Below, one piece after another: positions 12,891 through 26,372 of a DNA stretch of 64,000 nucleotides. Each line of letters starts with the position of its first letter. The first letter of the stretch is position 1. The DNA is from Dipteris shenzhenensis (taxonomy: Eukaryota), in the NCBI GenBank assembly GCA_047967505.1, contig CM106538.1, one strand, 5' to 3'. The notes below the pieces were generated by a model. That model had not been told where the DNA came from and did no database searches. It saw only the letters and a program-made list of their open reading frames with translations. Both the position numbers and the translations under genes were made by a program.

Positions 12891-13100
12891 GCCTACGAGG
12901 GATTAGTCTCAATACTAGGGCAAGACGTGGTAGCCGGCCGAATAGTCACCCCTTGAATGGGATCAGCACATTAGCCTACTAGCCTGCTAGCTTGAATGTG
13001 CTAGCCTACAAGGTATTAGTATCAGTACTAGGGCAAGACGTGGTAGCCGGCCGAATAGTCCCCCCTTGAATGGGATCAGCACAATTGCCTACTAGCCTGC
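12891..13100. repeat. Tandem duplication, 113-bp period, two copies
   Basis: tactagggcaagacgtggtagccggccgaatagtc.ccccttgaatgggatcagcaca occurs in units starting at 12891 and 13004. Confidence 0.9.
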
Positions 13101-14827
13101 AGCTAAAGAGGTGCCTCCCCAAGCCTTGGAGAAGGTAACCATCTCACTCAGCGCATTACATATACACAAAGGTCTTCACTTGGAATTCCCATCAAAGCCC
13201 TAGATCGATAATGTCTTTGTGGAGTCGAGATTAATTTATTGAGGCCTTAAGAACTGATGCTTCCAAAAGTCAAACCTAAGCACTGATTACAATGACCAAT
13301 CACATGAGTCAACAATAGTTACCAGCAGCCAAATGGTTAGAGCCTTCCCTAGCACCCATTAAAAATCCTCAAAAACTAACACCCCCCATGGCATATGTTC
13401 ATGACGATCTATATCAAGCTAGTTTAACTTCATAATTCTGTGTTTCAGCAGAGAACAATCGCAAGGAATATACAAGACTAACATAAAAATGAATGAGGAG
13501 TTATTATTCAAACCTGTTTCCGAAGTAACAGGAAAAAGAAAACCGGTATGTCTACCCCCTCCCCAAAGATTCCACCCAAGAAACCCATTGGAGTCCAACA
13601 AAGCTCTTATTACATTGTACGCAATGTGGCATTGCTTCAACAGATATTCACGTTGCAGAGAATCATATAAATATTCACATTTGCTGCACTAAGAAGAATA
13701 AGCTGACAAAACAGGTATGCTTCTTTCAGTAAGCACACAAGGTCGATACAAAAGGGACTAAACTGAAACAGTCTACAACCGGAAGTCAAAGAGAGATCCA
13801 TTGAAAGGTGAGAAAGCACCAAAGCCAAAGGACACTGCAGGCATCTGAAGTCTCTACTACGAGTAACAGAGAAACGAGTTCAAAACTATGCCTGTAAAAA
13901 GAGGTTCATTTCAGCACTGCCCTGCTTATCACACAAACCCACCTGCCCTTTTCCACTATTTCACCATGTCACGAGCTAATCCAATAGAGACAGAACTTTG
14001 TAGATTTCTTGCCTCTTCAAACAAATCACTTCAAAAATATCAAGCTCGAGTTGCAAGCATCAAAAGTTGCATTAAGAATAACGAGCATAAATATTTATCT
14101 TAGGAACATGCCAAAACTTGTCATGTGAAAGCAAAACGCACAATACATTTGGTCTCCTGAAATCTCTGCATCATGTTAGTTCAATTGAGCGACAGAAAGT
14201 CACCCAATATCCATACAAGAAATCAGCTGTATCAAATTCATAGAGTTCCTCAAATAATCATTTGACTTCTACATTTGCAGATACCTGATGAAAAAGATTT
14301 ACTCAGCTTTTACTTTCAGACGACCCAGCAGAGATCTAAACGCTTCCCAAAACATGACACAACCAGGCTCCCTTACCAGAATAATACACAAAATTGTCAA
14401 AACAGCTTCCTCTAATATCGCCAATGTTGCTTTCAGCAGGCCATGGAATACAACATCTGTTCTCAGACATATAACTAAGCCATAAGAGACTGAAAGATCA
14501 TAACCAGGACCGAAGAACGTCAACTTCCTACTTCATTTAGGCCCCTAATCAAACGGAAAGGCTCACAGTTTCAAAAATTCCAACCCCAAAAGTTAGAAGT
14601 GCCTTTCAGCCAGTGAAACACAAACTCAATTTTCACTGACACTCTGCCTCTGTTAACAACTTTACTAGTAAGACCAAGGAGAGATATCTGCTGAATCTCA
14701 CTTTACAAGGACAATTCACCTCTTTAACCATCTCATAAACAAACCATAACAAGATAACAGGAGGATCCCTCCTTTTGAACAAAAATTTCCTGCCCAGAAA
14801 GGCAAATACCAACTCATCGGAAAAGAA

Positions 14828-14957
14828 TCACAGCCTGTTGTGCGGTGGTTTCACTTTGTAAATCCTGACAATCCAATTTGATGTTGTGAAAGCCTCTTCC
14901 ACATAATTCAACTGAAAATTCTTATTCCCTATCTCAACCCCTCTGGCACGATCCCAC
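14828..14957 (-). CDS. STT3B: STT3B exon 6 (terminal)
   Basis: TACAG acceptor; (G)WDRARGVEIGNKNFQLNYVEEAFTTSNWIVRIYKVKPPHNRL*. The six exons total 2217 nt, i.e. 738 aa plus stop. Confidence 0.95.
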
Positions 14958-17773
14958 CTGTACAAGATGCAGGAGGCAGAACTTGGTTGGTCATCATGAA
15001 AAATCAAAAAAAGAAGTAACAAGCCACAGAGATATTTCTTCCATTGGAGTCAAACAAATAGCTCAAAACATGCACATAGTAAACACACGAATTCAGAAGA
15101 AAATATACCTTTGTAAGACTATTCGTACAAATTTAGATTTTTTGTTGTTTTAAAGTCCAAAATTCTACAAAGATAATAAAAGAGAAAACGAAAGAGGAGA
15201 AAAAAGAGGTAACAAATTTTTTTGGACAACAAAAAGAAGACATACTTAGCAAGCAAAGCAACACTTACGTCGTCATCAGTACGAGATTCAGAAGAAAAAA
15301 TGTAACACTAAATCTGCCAAACATTCTAACAAAATAAGAAGGATAAACATATTCCTAAGGTCTTAAAATCAGGAATTAAATAAAGAAACGAAAAACTCTC
15401 TTTTGATTCTTTACTAAGAAGTTTCCAATTACCACCCATTTTCCATTATACATTTAACATGTAAGACAAAGGACCACAGGTTAGAATCATAATTCAAAAT
15501 TCAACAACAAAGATAATTGCAATCTTGAGAAGGCTTTGAAACGTTTTACTTGGATCATGTATATCCTAATCTGCATACTATGCCATACAGAAATTGTGAA
15601 ATCACTCTAAATGTAAGCTTAGTAGCAACAACATAAAGAATATGAAAAAGGCAAAGCATAAACCAGACAATCTAAAGGGTGGGGATGACATGCTGTACCA
15701 TCCCAATCAAGGGATTGGAATGTGACATGTTAACAGCCGGAAGGGGAGGATTGTCCTTGTAGAAATTTTCCGCTGTCAGCACACATACAAGATCTGTTGC
15801 CATGTCCACTGGATTCACAACTAGCAAGAAGGTCCACTAATGGAGCAAGGAACTGCACAATCTTTAAAAAGCAGCACTGATCCACTTGTCAAAAAACACA
15901 GCAGAGAGCAGCACTCTGATGATGATATAGCTGGGAGTGTTAAAAGAAGGCACCCCTAGGGGCAAAACAAGGCATTAAAGGCAAAAGGAACCCCCAGCCC
16001 TAACAGGAGGCAGTTGTTAAACCTGTTAACACTGCAGAGTGTGTCGTGCCTGCGTGTCAAAGGGCACAACACAGAGATATACTGAAATACAGACTGTGCA
16101 CACAAAAATACCACTCTGAAAGTACAAAGGAGAACTAGGTGCAATTCACGGTCATGTAAGAAACCATTATTTTCTTACAAAGAGACAAAGAGGAGACTGC
16201 ACTTTGATACAATAAAATCATAAAGAATGTTGGCATCCCATAAAACGGTTCAATATCGTGAGAGGCTAAGAAGCAATGCCAGCTAACCTTTCCCTGTCCT
16301 TCAGGAATCCAGCCAAATGAGGATGGCACCGTGTGCGGGCAGCATGTGTTGCCCCTCCTTCCCTGTTCCCCCTCCCCTTTTCTACTTCCCTAAGCAGGTT
16401 GCTTTGGTCAGGAGGGCCTTGAGCTCTGCAGATTTGAACAAACTGTGGAGACACCCTCTTCTGGCAGCCAAGGAGGAAACAGATGCGGAGCGCAGCCAAC
16501 AAAGCCTTACTCACAGAATTCCTCAGGTGGATTTAGCTGCAACACGTAGATTTTCCTCGCAATCCTGCACTCTTTGGTCATTGCAAATCTCTGGGACAGA
16601 ATAGACGCAGACATTGGTAGCAGATTAGTTCTAGGAAACCACTCTAGTGATTGCTCTGAGGAGGTGCCTAGGGGGATTGTTCCACAGTAACTAAGCTCGT
16701 GCCAACATCCATTAGCATGGCAAGGGAGCATTTTACAGCTTATACGCTAAAATTAGTCTCGTTTGTAATCCTTGAATCCCCCGGCATAAAGGGAAAATCC
16801 ATGTCCAGCATCCTAACAATATGCTGTGTACTTGGTCTCCCTTCTGCAAACTGAGAGCTGAATGTTGAAGCCTTTTGCTTCATGTAAAATGGAACTTGGT
16901 TTTTGACAAACTGTTCTTCACTAGGCTCTAGCTTTTTTGCAGGAGCAATGCTTGTGGCAAGCCTGTATTTCTATTTGCCTTCAAAATCATTCTCAGCAGC
17001 AAGCAACAGTAGCCCGTTATTTTTTGTTAAGGACTGTTAAAGCCCTAAGATCCCTTGCAGGTTGTACCAGGTTAATTACCTCGATTGTCTAAGTCTTGCG
17101 TTTTCTAGGTTCAGACAGGTTCCCCTGTCTTTCTTTTAGGTAAATGCTTTATTTTAAACTGAAGGAATTTGATGTACAAGCCCTTCTTGAATGCAGTTTC
17201 TATTATCCCAGGATTGAGATGCTGGTTTATCAACCATTTCTCTTTTTGTAAAGTTCCTGATATTGACATTTCCTATAGATAGTGAGGACCCTCACACTTT
17301 TTCAACCTTACCAAAATGCTTGCATGATTTAAACACTACATATGAACAAGTGAAGCCCACACATCAGCACATCCTCTAATCATCTACAAGCCTTACCCAT
17401 CACCTTCAGCACAACATTTGAGGACATTAAAACACACGATGTTTGGTCAATACAGCATGCTGCTTTGTCTGTACAAAAATATAGCAAAATCGATCCATCT
17501 ATAACTAAAGCCCTAGCTTGTATAAAATATACATTCTAGCAATCTCTTTTTTTAAAAGGGAATGGAAATTCACCAATCACATAATACAGATAAACAAAGG
17601 CATTCAGAAATAGGAAACAGATCCTCCAGTGTTCACATTGTGATGTGGCATATATTGTGTTGCAACCTTGTAAAGATATATGGCATAATCGTTTGCAGAA
17701 CATGTGCATTTCAAGAATAAATGAACTTCTTATTCTTAGAGTCAAATCCCTTCTAATTCGAATTTCAGATAGA

Positions 17774-18130
17774 CTCAAGATATAGCTGCTTAATTCCTAG
17801 AGACCACAGATGAACAGTGACAAAACCACAATCACATTGACTCTTGATTTTCAAAAAACTGAACATTTAAGCACCGGGCCACCTCGTCCCACTGTGCCCA
17901 GCCAATATGCATCCACTCTCCTAGCATGAGGCCCTCCAACACAAAGTTTCCCAACAGCTCTTGAATTCCTTACCTCTCGATGAAATGCTTAATTCCCAGC
18001 TAAACATAATTCAAAATTCAATTAGACCCTCAAGATATAAATGCTTAATTCCTAGAGGTCCATAAATGAACAACGACAAAACCACCATCACATTGACCCT
18101 TGATTTTCAAAAAACTCAACATTTAAGCAC
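17774..18130. repeat. Local direct duplication of about 100 bp (17774-17874 and 18029-18130)
   Basis: ctcaagatata..tgcttaattcctagag...gacaaaaccac.atcacattgac.cttgattttcaaaaaact.aacatttaagcac occurs twice. Confidence 0.85.
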
Positions 18131-18843
18131 AATCAACTTTGCCAAACACTGCATCCCAAAAGCAAACTTAATGAAAGAGATGTTAGAGACCCTCCAAGGA
18201 CAACCAACCAAAGAAGAGAACTCACTGTGAAATAACAGACGTTTCCCAACAGCTCTTGAATACCCTCCCTCTAAATCAGAAATCTTGCTTCCCACTACAC
18301 ATTGAAAGTTTTTGCAGCATTCTTAACAGACATTAAGATTGTGACATCGATTTGAAACAAACTCCAAGATTATTGTTGAGTCATATGCTTGCTCGCATTA
18401 TGGTGTAGACTTGTGGCCCTATTCATGAGTGTCACATTTATAAGTGAGATGTAGTCACTTACCCTTAAAGTGACGTTTTAGATTGTTGCCATAACACTTA
18501 CCTCCCCATACACCCACGCCTTTAGGATGTCTTTGTCATTCTTGAGCGACCTGTCTCATTAAAAAAATTCCATGTGCAGGATCAAACTCATTCCGACTTT
18601 GGGAGGACACCCCCATGCAAACCCACTCAACCTTATGCGATTGACACAACTTTACGGGGCTGATTTAGAGTTTCTCATCAGACTTTCTTGTAGAAGGCTG
18701 AATCAAAGACACAGTTCATGGACTCACTATGTTTTGTGCTCCATCCCAATGCTGGGGATGGACTTCGGCTGATAAATGCATGAAAAAGTCCCAGCTTGTA
18801 TGGGAATCTACTCCTCGTCTACTTCGAATCAAGAAGCTGTCTT

Positions 18844-21073
18844 TGTTGGGATATCTCAAGGTGTATGCCTCAGGCACACCTTATGTTTCTATGTGTGAGT
18901 GCTAGAGGCACAGTTAGGTGCCCACAAGCATAGTTAGGTGGTGGAAGAGCCACATAGGATGATTGAGAGAATCTAGGAGCAGATTGAGGAGATGATTGTG
19001 GAGCTCTGAAGTCATCAGTGATGTCAGTGAGCATGTATGAGGTGCCTACTTAAGGACCTCACTCTTCTTCATTCTACAACCAAGTAATGCAAGTATTCTG
19101 AGTTTGTGTCCACTCTTTGCTTTCCTTTCAGCTTTCCAACATGGTATCAGAGCCATTTGATCCCCCTTGAGCCCATTTCTGCCACATCATCATCTTCTTC
19201 TTCATCTTCTTCTTCTCCATTTTCCTCTTTCTTCCCAAAATCTTTGAGAGCTTGGTTCTCCATCTACAAACGACCATTGCCCAAACCCTCTGAGCTGGAA
19301 ACTCCTCTAGTATGGGCGAACTTCCACCTGCAAGCAATTGAAGAAAAAACGTCTGTGGTGGCTGCCATTCTCCAAACAGCGAATTTCTTCTGTTGCTCAA
19401 TACTCCCTACCTGCTCCGCCATTGCCTGAGCCCTCTTAGGAGTAGATGGGCGACCTCAAGACGAAGATTTTGAGCCATTTTTCAGGTCATTTGGTTCAGT
19501 AACGAGGGAGAAATCGTCAAAACTCAGTTTCAGCCTGTAGCAACTCTCCCGGGCAAAAGTGCGCACCATTTCGTCCAACCTCTGTGCTGGACCCTCTCTG
19601 GTATATGAGCTTTCTTTTGCTTCAGAAAGCCCTCTTTTCCTTGCTTTGAAGAGTGAGCTACAAGCCCTCCAAGTTCAGCTTTTCAGTTTTGACAGTTTTG
19701 GACAAGTTTTTGAAGATGATGCTACATAAAATGCTACTCTAGCATTTCTGGTTTTTTGAAGCTTTCAATAACTTCAGTACAAGTGTGGCTTCAGTTTTGT
19801 TTTGAATTGCTAGACCTGGTTTTGATTGGAAAGTATTCATTTTAGCCTCTTCTATGAAGCATGTAAGAAGAAGCATCATTGATTGAAATTTGGTCACAAG
19901 ACTTTGCTACATTAAATGCTTATATTTTGAAGCATTTCAGTTGTTATTCTAAGCCCTGTAAGAGAGAAGACACTACCCAATACTTGGGTTAGATCCTCTC
20001 ATGGCTTGCTTATGCAAAATATGTGAAAAGCCAAAACATAAAGCAATGTCTTGTTATGCTACAAAGGATGAAAATGCCAACCTGACTTCCTTGTTGAAGA
20101 TTGCCAAAACAATGGTTGCCAAAAAGGAAGCAACTACAGAGATCTACCCTCTCATGGCACTTTTATTTGACTCCAAGTACAAGAAAAAGATGAAGGTCAG
20201 ATACCTAAGATATGCTTCTCTACACAACTATGGAGATGACAAGATAATTGTTCTCTTGAAGGATATGACTTTCAGATCCACTTGTTCTATCATAGTACCA
20301 TCTTATAAGGCACTAGACACTTCCCATGTGGTAAGACCTTGCCTTGACATGGATATTTTGCCTCCACAAGATGAGGCATCCCATGAGATTATGCATTTTA
20401 AATCATCTCTATGTATGCTCTAGATCTCTCTTTTTATGTCAAGGTACTCAGCCTGGATAGTCCTCCAAAATGAATGAAAATAAACTATTGTGTTTTGTGT
20501 GTTTTGTAAACACCTCTGGTCACCTTATGATGTAGGCCATGTGTATGTTTTGCTCCATGGTACCTCCTGCAGACATTGTGTGCATGTACATGCAGGGGAG
20601 ATAACCATTGGAAGGTCTTTTTGTATCCCTTTTGTTTACCTTACACCCAAGGGAACCCTTGCTAGCATGAGAACCTAGCCATAGATTTATCCTTGACCAC
20701 CATGAGATGGCATGAGAAACTATGAGACTAGATGTATCCTTGACATAGCCTGAGGCATTTCCTTGAGGGGGGGTTTGTTGGGATATCTCAAGGTGTATGC
20801 CTCAGGCACACCTTATGTTTCTATGTGTGAGTGCTAGAGGCACAGTTAGGTGCCCACAAGCATAGTTAGGTGGTGGAAGAGCCACATAGGATGATTGAGA
20901 GAATCTAGGAGCAGATTGAGGAGATGATTGTGGAGCTCTGAAGTCATCAGTGATGTCAGTGAGCATGTATGAGGTGCCTACTTAAGGACCTCACTCTTCT
21001 TCATTCTACAACCAAGTAATGCAAGTATTCTGAGTTTGTGTCCACTCTTTGCTTTCCTTTCAACTTTCCAACA
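18844..21073 (+). mobile_element. Intact, very young non-autonomous LTR retrotransposon (2230 bp)
   Basis: LTRs at 18844-19141 and 20776-21073 (298 bp, TG...CA, one mismatch seen). PBS TGGTATCAGAGCC at 19142, PPT GAGGGGGGG before the 3' LTR, TSD GTCTT on both sides. No gag or pol motif in the 1.63-kb interior. Confidence 0.96.
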
Positions 21074-22479
21074 GTCTTACCAAGCCTGCTGGCACGGAGT
21101 TAGCCTGGAAGGAACAACAATCTTGAGTCATTATCTCACCGAATTTGTTGCATTCTGAGTGCCACTGGTTCAAGTTACAAGTTTTGACCATTTCGAGACA
21201 TGGCCCCCAAAAAAGGAAAGCATGAAGGAAACCAGCAAGACACCACGCGGGGCTGCCTGGGGGGGTTGGAGGTGTCTGTTAAGTGCCTTCATATGTACGA
21301 TTCATACAAAATTGTATGTATGGTCATTGTCTATATATGTTCACTCCCACAAGCTTCCCGTGTGTTCCTTGCAAAGGCACTTATTAGTTTATTTGACTTC
21401 ATTTTTGGGAGCATTGTCGAACAAATCCCCTAATTACTACTGCGCACTACTTACCAGAATATAGTTTCTTGATAAAAGTAAAGAAATAAAGCAAAACCGT
21501 AAATGGCATGCTACAAGGCACTATTCACGAAAACAGCACTGAATTGTCTTCAAGACTACAAAAGAAAAAGGCATAGAGTGCAAGGAGATGGATGAAGTAT
21601 AAGTTGATCATCGTGGTCAAACTCATAGATGGGTGTTGATGCCATGCAGTGAGGTTTATCGTAACTCATGATCAAGTGGGCATGATGTAATCCATGATGT
21701 TGAGGTTGGAAAAGAAGTGGCCAAGATGCCAAAAATCTCGGGTCTTCACATATAATGCAGAACACTATGCTAACAAATAGTACCTACTTATTGTGTGGCC
21801 AATCCTTCTCTCTTCCTGTGTAGTTTTAATTTCTGTCAACCACCAAGTTAGTCACATGCTTTCTCGTTCCCCTTGTTAATCTATATCTCGATTCATGGCA
21901 AGTATCTTCTCAAGTTATCACGCTTGCTAATGTAGAGTAGTGGTAATGCAGAGTCTAGTAGATAGACCTTGTTAGGGATTAGATGCCACCTCCCCATCTA
22001 TGAGGTCCCATATGAGGAGGACATGGGGGAGAATGATCTGCAGTAGGAAGGAGCTCAAAGAGAGGCCACATATACCTAGATGAATCTAGGAACATTCCCA
22101 AACTCATCCTCTAAAAACACAACATAGTGCAGTTTCAATCTCACGATAGTTACTCATAAGGTTGAAAACCATAAACTCCATCAGGCATAGCAAGGACTAG
22201 CTATTATGACATCCCCACTGACGTCATCAGCGCCCAACAGTCGGTGTAGACCATATGCTCTCACACATACAAATCCACACACCCACACATACTTGAGCAT
22301 CCATTCAGAGAGAGGCCACATAGGCTCAGGATGAAGAAGCCATGGGGGCTGAGCTAAGAGAAGAAGAGAGAGAGAGGAGAAGGATGCCACAAGGGCTCCA
22401 TGCACGCTGCCACATGGGCAGGTGTTACAGCCAATGAGGATACATGGAAGGACTGCATACAAGCAATACAAGGCCCTAG

Positions 22480-22900
22480 CTGTGTTCAAGAATTGAACAT
22501 TCAGCTCAGCATGAGTTCGGCTGATCATCCAGAGCGGGAGACTGAACGGGTCAATCAGAATTTAAAAGACTTGCTGAGAGCTTATGTCTCCCGAAGGCAC
22601 TGATTGGGAACATTACCTCCTTTTCTTGAGTTTGCTTACAACAATGCTGGGCAATCAGCAGCAGAAACCTTCATGCTAATGTATGGATACAAACCTAGAA
22701 CCCCTGGTAGCTGGCTTAGAGAATGCCAGCTTGAGCTTTGCTACTAATTGATTGCACAACAATAAGAAGACAATGTTGCACTTCGCAAGGGAAAGCATAA
22801 AAGTGCTCAAGTTAGAGCACAGTTTTATGCTAATCAGAACCAGTCATCTCGAGTTTTCTCAGAGGGTCAACGGGTTCACTTGAGAATCCCGAAAGATCCT
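22480..22900 (+). mobile_element. Ty3/gypsy integrase fragment (decayed)
   Basis: LNIQLSMSSADHPE(R)ETERVNQNLKDLLRAYV..WEHYL..LEFAYNNA..PFMLMYGYKPRTP resembles the gypsy rve C-terminal motif. Confidence 0.85.
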
Positions 22901-23373
22901 CAAGTAATGCACACCAAGGACCACATTCTCCCTCAAGTTTGACAGCATTGCTTTCAACCTATCTCTAAGCCTCTATGGTTAAAACTGTCAAATGACAAGT
23001 ACAACTTAGTGAAAAAAAATCACTTTAGAAAATGTACTCCAAATAACTTCTATGAAGCATGAATAATCGTGAATCTCAATCAACTTGCCACCATACGTTA
23101 CTCCCAAATTTCTAAACACACCACAAGAATCTAGAAAATTACATGTGGATTTATATGCTCAATTGAATATTCAAGCCCAAAAAAAACTAAACACAGGTTA
23201 TAGGTAAGAAATTGCAGTAATTCCTCCTCCATAACCATAAAATTGAGAGACCCGAGATCCAAAAGAAGAGAAAGTCATGTTGAAGAAACAGCATTCACTC
23301 AGGAAACTGCATGCAGGCTGTCCATAATCTGATTGAAGACATGAGAAGAGAGAGGTAGAGGTTGAAATTTTAC

Positions 23374-23433
23374 CCTGGTGGTTTTCCATACTCAGTCATC
23401 AACTCCCCAAATCTGTAGTAGCAAAGTTTATAC
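23374..23433 (-). CDS. STT3B: STT3B exon 5 (60 nt)
   Basis: GCAG acceptor; (M)YKLCYYRFGELMTEYGKPP(G); GTAAAA donor. Phases match exons 4 and 6. Confidence 0.93.
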
Positions 23434-23520
23434 CTGCGTCACACACAATCAGAAATAAGTAAAGCATACAGAGAATCACACAGATTCTTAATCGCAGGAT
23501 CGTTTATCACCACAATATTC

Positions 23521-25160
23521 TTTTTTTTTTTTGAGAACCAGGAAACCATATTGAATGTTAAGAAAAGATTATAAGGAGACCAGATAGCAGCCTTAACAAA
23601 GGCTGGTAGCCAAAAGATGCATGGACTGAACACACAAGCAACACTGGGTTCAACACCCTGAGGGCCCCTGTTACAGAGAGGTATTCTTGAGTCTACTAGC
23701 ATCATGCTAAATGCCATCATCAGCAGTGGTTCGGGAGTTCAAAATCCTTATAGCTTCACTTCTGACAAATGGCACGTTTAGAATGTCCCTTGTTCCTGTG
23801 AATGACCTATTGTTTGTAACTTGTCAAATGCTTGCCAGATTGAAAGACAAGGCTTTATGAATATAGTGATTCCTCTGGATTGCCTCAGCAAATCCAGTTT
23901 TGTTTAATCAGGTTGTCAGAAGGATCCAGAGTGGTCTTACATGAGGGCATTTCCAGAAGAGGTGCTCTACTGTCTCTTTGTACAGTCTGCAAAACACACA
24001 GGGCATCATCCATATTCACTCACCTGCCTGTGAGCAAGACCATTTTTTTCAAGCACCCTCCAAGGAAACATCTGGGTTTTGAGTGGTGCCTTTGCCTTCC
24101 AGATATGCTCCAGCCTGATACTCAAGGCACGCTCATCATCATGCCTGACCATATGCTGTTCCGCCTCATTCCAAAGGAGTGTTGAATGGGCATCCTCGGT
24201 ACCTGACCAAAGAAAGGCCCTTCAATGCTCGTAAGATTTTTACAGTGCCCTAACAGAGCTGAGTTTGACTGTTGTATGGTCTGTGCATGGCAACTACGTG
24301 CTCGTGAGAGGTGGCAGCCTGCGTGTGATTCGACTGCAGTGCCAGTCCAGAATTTGTCAGCGGCACAGTATGTGAATTGATTTCTGTGGCGGTTCGGGCC
24401 CTGTGTGTGGGCAGTCGTGCTTATGACGGCATTATAACGGCTCTTGAACCCTGGTGTCTGGGACCATGGCGGGGCGTTGGAAATATAGGCCTTAGGAGCC
24501 TTAGTGTGGCCCAAAGCCCCCTCATGGTGCCCAAGGAAATATATGTGTGGCTAATGAAAGAAAGGGGCTCATGGTATGTGCAAGCTGACACGTGGAGAAT
24601 TTGAGGGATAGCAATCCCATATGCAATAGTGACATTGAAGGATCCTTGGATGTATGAAGGTAGTGAGCCCCTCTACCATTATCCCGCCAGCCTTTTGTAG
24701 GATGTGGATGAGGTTCTGCGTGGCTATGGGGCAGTGATTGGGACCCCCGCACCCAGCGCATTCCCAAGGTGACAATTGCCAGTTCGTAGTGTATTATCCA
24801 AAATTCCCTGCAAAGGTAAAGAATTTAGTGGATCAATATTTCAGCTTGGTTTTTGGCTTGCCAAAGATCAAACCTGTCCTTCCCATTTGTCAGTCCATCT
24901 GAGCCTACTACTTCTTGCAAGCCATAGGATTTAACAATGTTCCATTTGGAACCACTAGCCAAGCCAATTGATTGAAATTGCCATAAGGGCCTGCATCCTA
25001 GCTTTTTCCCAAACAGGTATCCTCTGCAGAAGTTGGATCGAAGCATGCCCACAGCATCCTTGTGTATTCAAGAGTGTGAAGAGACACTCTCCTTCATATC
25101 TTGAATGGACCACATCGACCTATTGCTTGGCAAGGAATGTTTTCCATGAGACCCAGATGT
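23521..25160 (-). mobile_element. 3' portion of an L1-like LINE with A12 tail, interrupted by an LTR-family fragment
   Basis: The minus strand at about 24005-23930 reads CVFCRLYKETVEHLFWKCPHVRPLW (zf-RVT CCHC). The T12 run at 23521-23532 is the poly(A) tail. The 5' boundary is approximate. Confidence 0.75.
24200..24785. mobile_element. Fragment of the LTR-like repeat family also present, in opposite orientation, at 31711-32735
   Basis: The reverse complement tgtcaccttgggaatgcgctgggtgcgggggtcccaatcactgccccatagccacgc matches the copies at about 31741 and 32542. Confidence 0.7.
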
Positions 25161-26372
25161 GAATTATGTGGGCCATACGATATGCACTTCACACGAATTG
25201 ATAATAAAGACAAGCAAGTGTCATTACATGATGCTTCTTCATCTTAATTATTTTGCTCTATGGAAGTTCATAATACTTTAAGTTCCTCATAAGTGTTTCA
25301 TTAAATCTGATTTTAAAACTATTTCTTGTAAATTGGAAAGTACGTGCAAGCCAAAAATAACTTAAACTCATGCATTAGTAAAGCAATATGTTCTAGAAAT
25401 CTAGTCTCTAATATTTATAATAATCTGAAATTCTTAGACATCTGTCACTCTTTGATATAAGCTCCTTCTAATTTTGGAATCAATGGAATCTGGACAAACT
25501 AGCAGGATTGTGGATTCAATCTAGGGTATTATAGTCACTGCTAGAGCCTCTTGTAAACCATTATATCTAATAGAAAACAGAGATGGAGGTTGCTTGCTGT
25601 AGCCAAAAATTCCACAGTGGAAGATTGTGTTTAAGCAGCCCAGAAATCACACAGTGCTAACTCAAATCTCACTCCTTGCTGCACACAAATGAATATAGAA
25701 AGATGCAGACATTTAATGATCCATACACATGAGAGTAGAAACACTAAATATGTAAATTTGTTGCTCCAAAGATGGACAAAAACTTGTACAAAGGTACGCA
25801 CAATGTGCCACCATCTAGCAAATAAGGTGCTGCATAGATGTGGACCCTCGGCACCACAAAAATCTTCTCCTAACTCCTGGCACCTTCAAAACTCTAACAG
25901 CCTGCATGTTCTCCAATAGCTTTAGTGGGCTGAGTAGAGATGCTTTCCCTACAGACCTGCTTTGCTGCTCCGCTGGACAGCCAAAGGCGAGATATTGTTT
26001 GTGCCCTGATCCTTGACCTCCTCGCTGCTTCCGTCTGCAGAAAATGGTGAGGCACAAGGCTCACTGTTTCCAGGCCTCCTTGCTGCTGGAACTGCAGCCT
26101 AGAACTGAGGCACCAGAAGTCCGTGGACCTGCCCCCATGCAGGGGCCCTTTTATAGGACTGGAATGCCCCCAGCAGCAGACCAACCAGCCATACCAGTTC
26201 CGTACGAGTCTGGTGCCCTTTGCGGGTCCTACTGCAGCACCTAAACTTGCTGCCTGTATGGCAGATTGCATGCTTCCCATGTGGGAGCTCCCTCATATGG
26301 GGACTCACGGTTGAGGAGGTGACCAATATGATCTCAACACCCTCTCTCACCGACCCACCGTGGGTCAATACC

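Noticed and set aside
16270-17300. Possible plus-strand LINE 3' end in STT3B intron 5
   Set aside because: Only a vague LLTEFLRWI motif and a T-rich tail. Not enough to call.
20001-20423. 140-aa ORF inside the young LTR element as a cargo gene or gag
   Set aside because: No recognisable motif. It cannot be distinguished from a chance ORF without a database search.
21086-21105. rRNA gene
   Set aside because: Only about 30 nt resemble SSU rRNA and the flanks do not. Reported as a fragment only.
21969-22238. Solo LTR (TG...CA bounded)
   Set aside because: No matching TSD and no second copy in the window.
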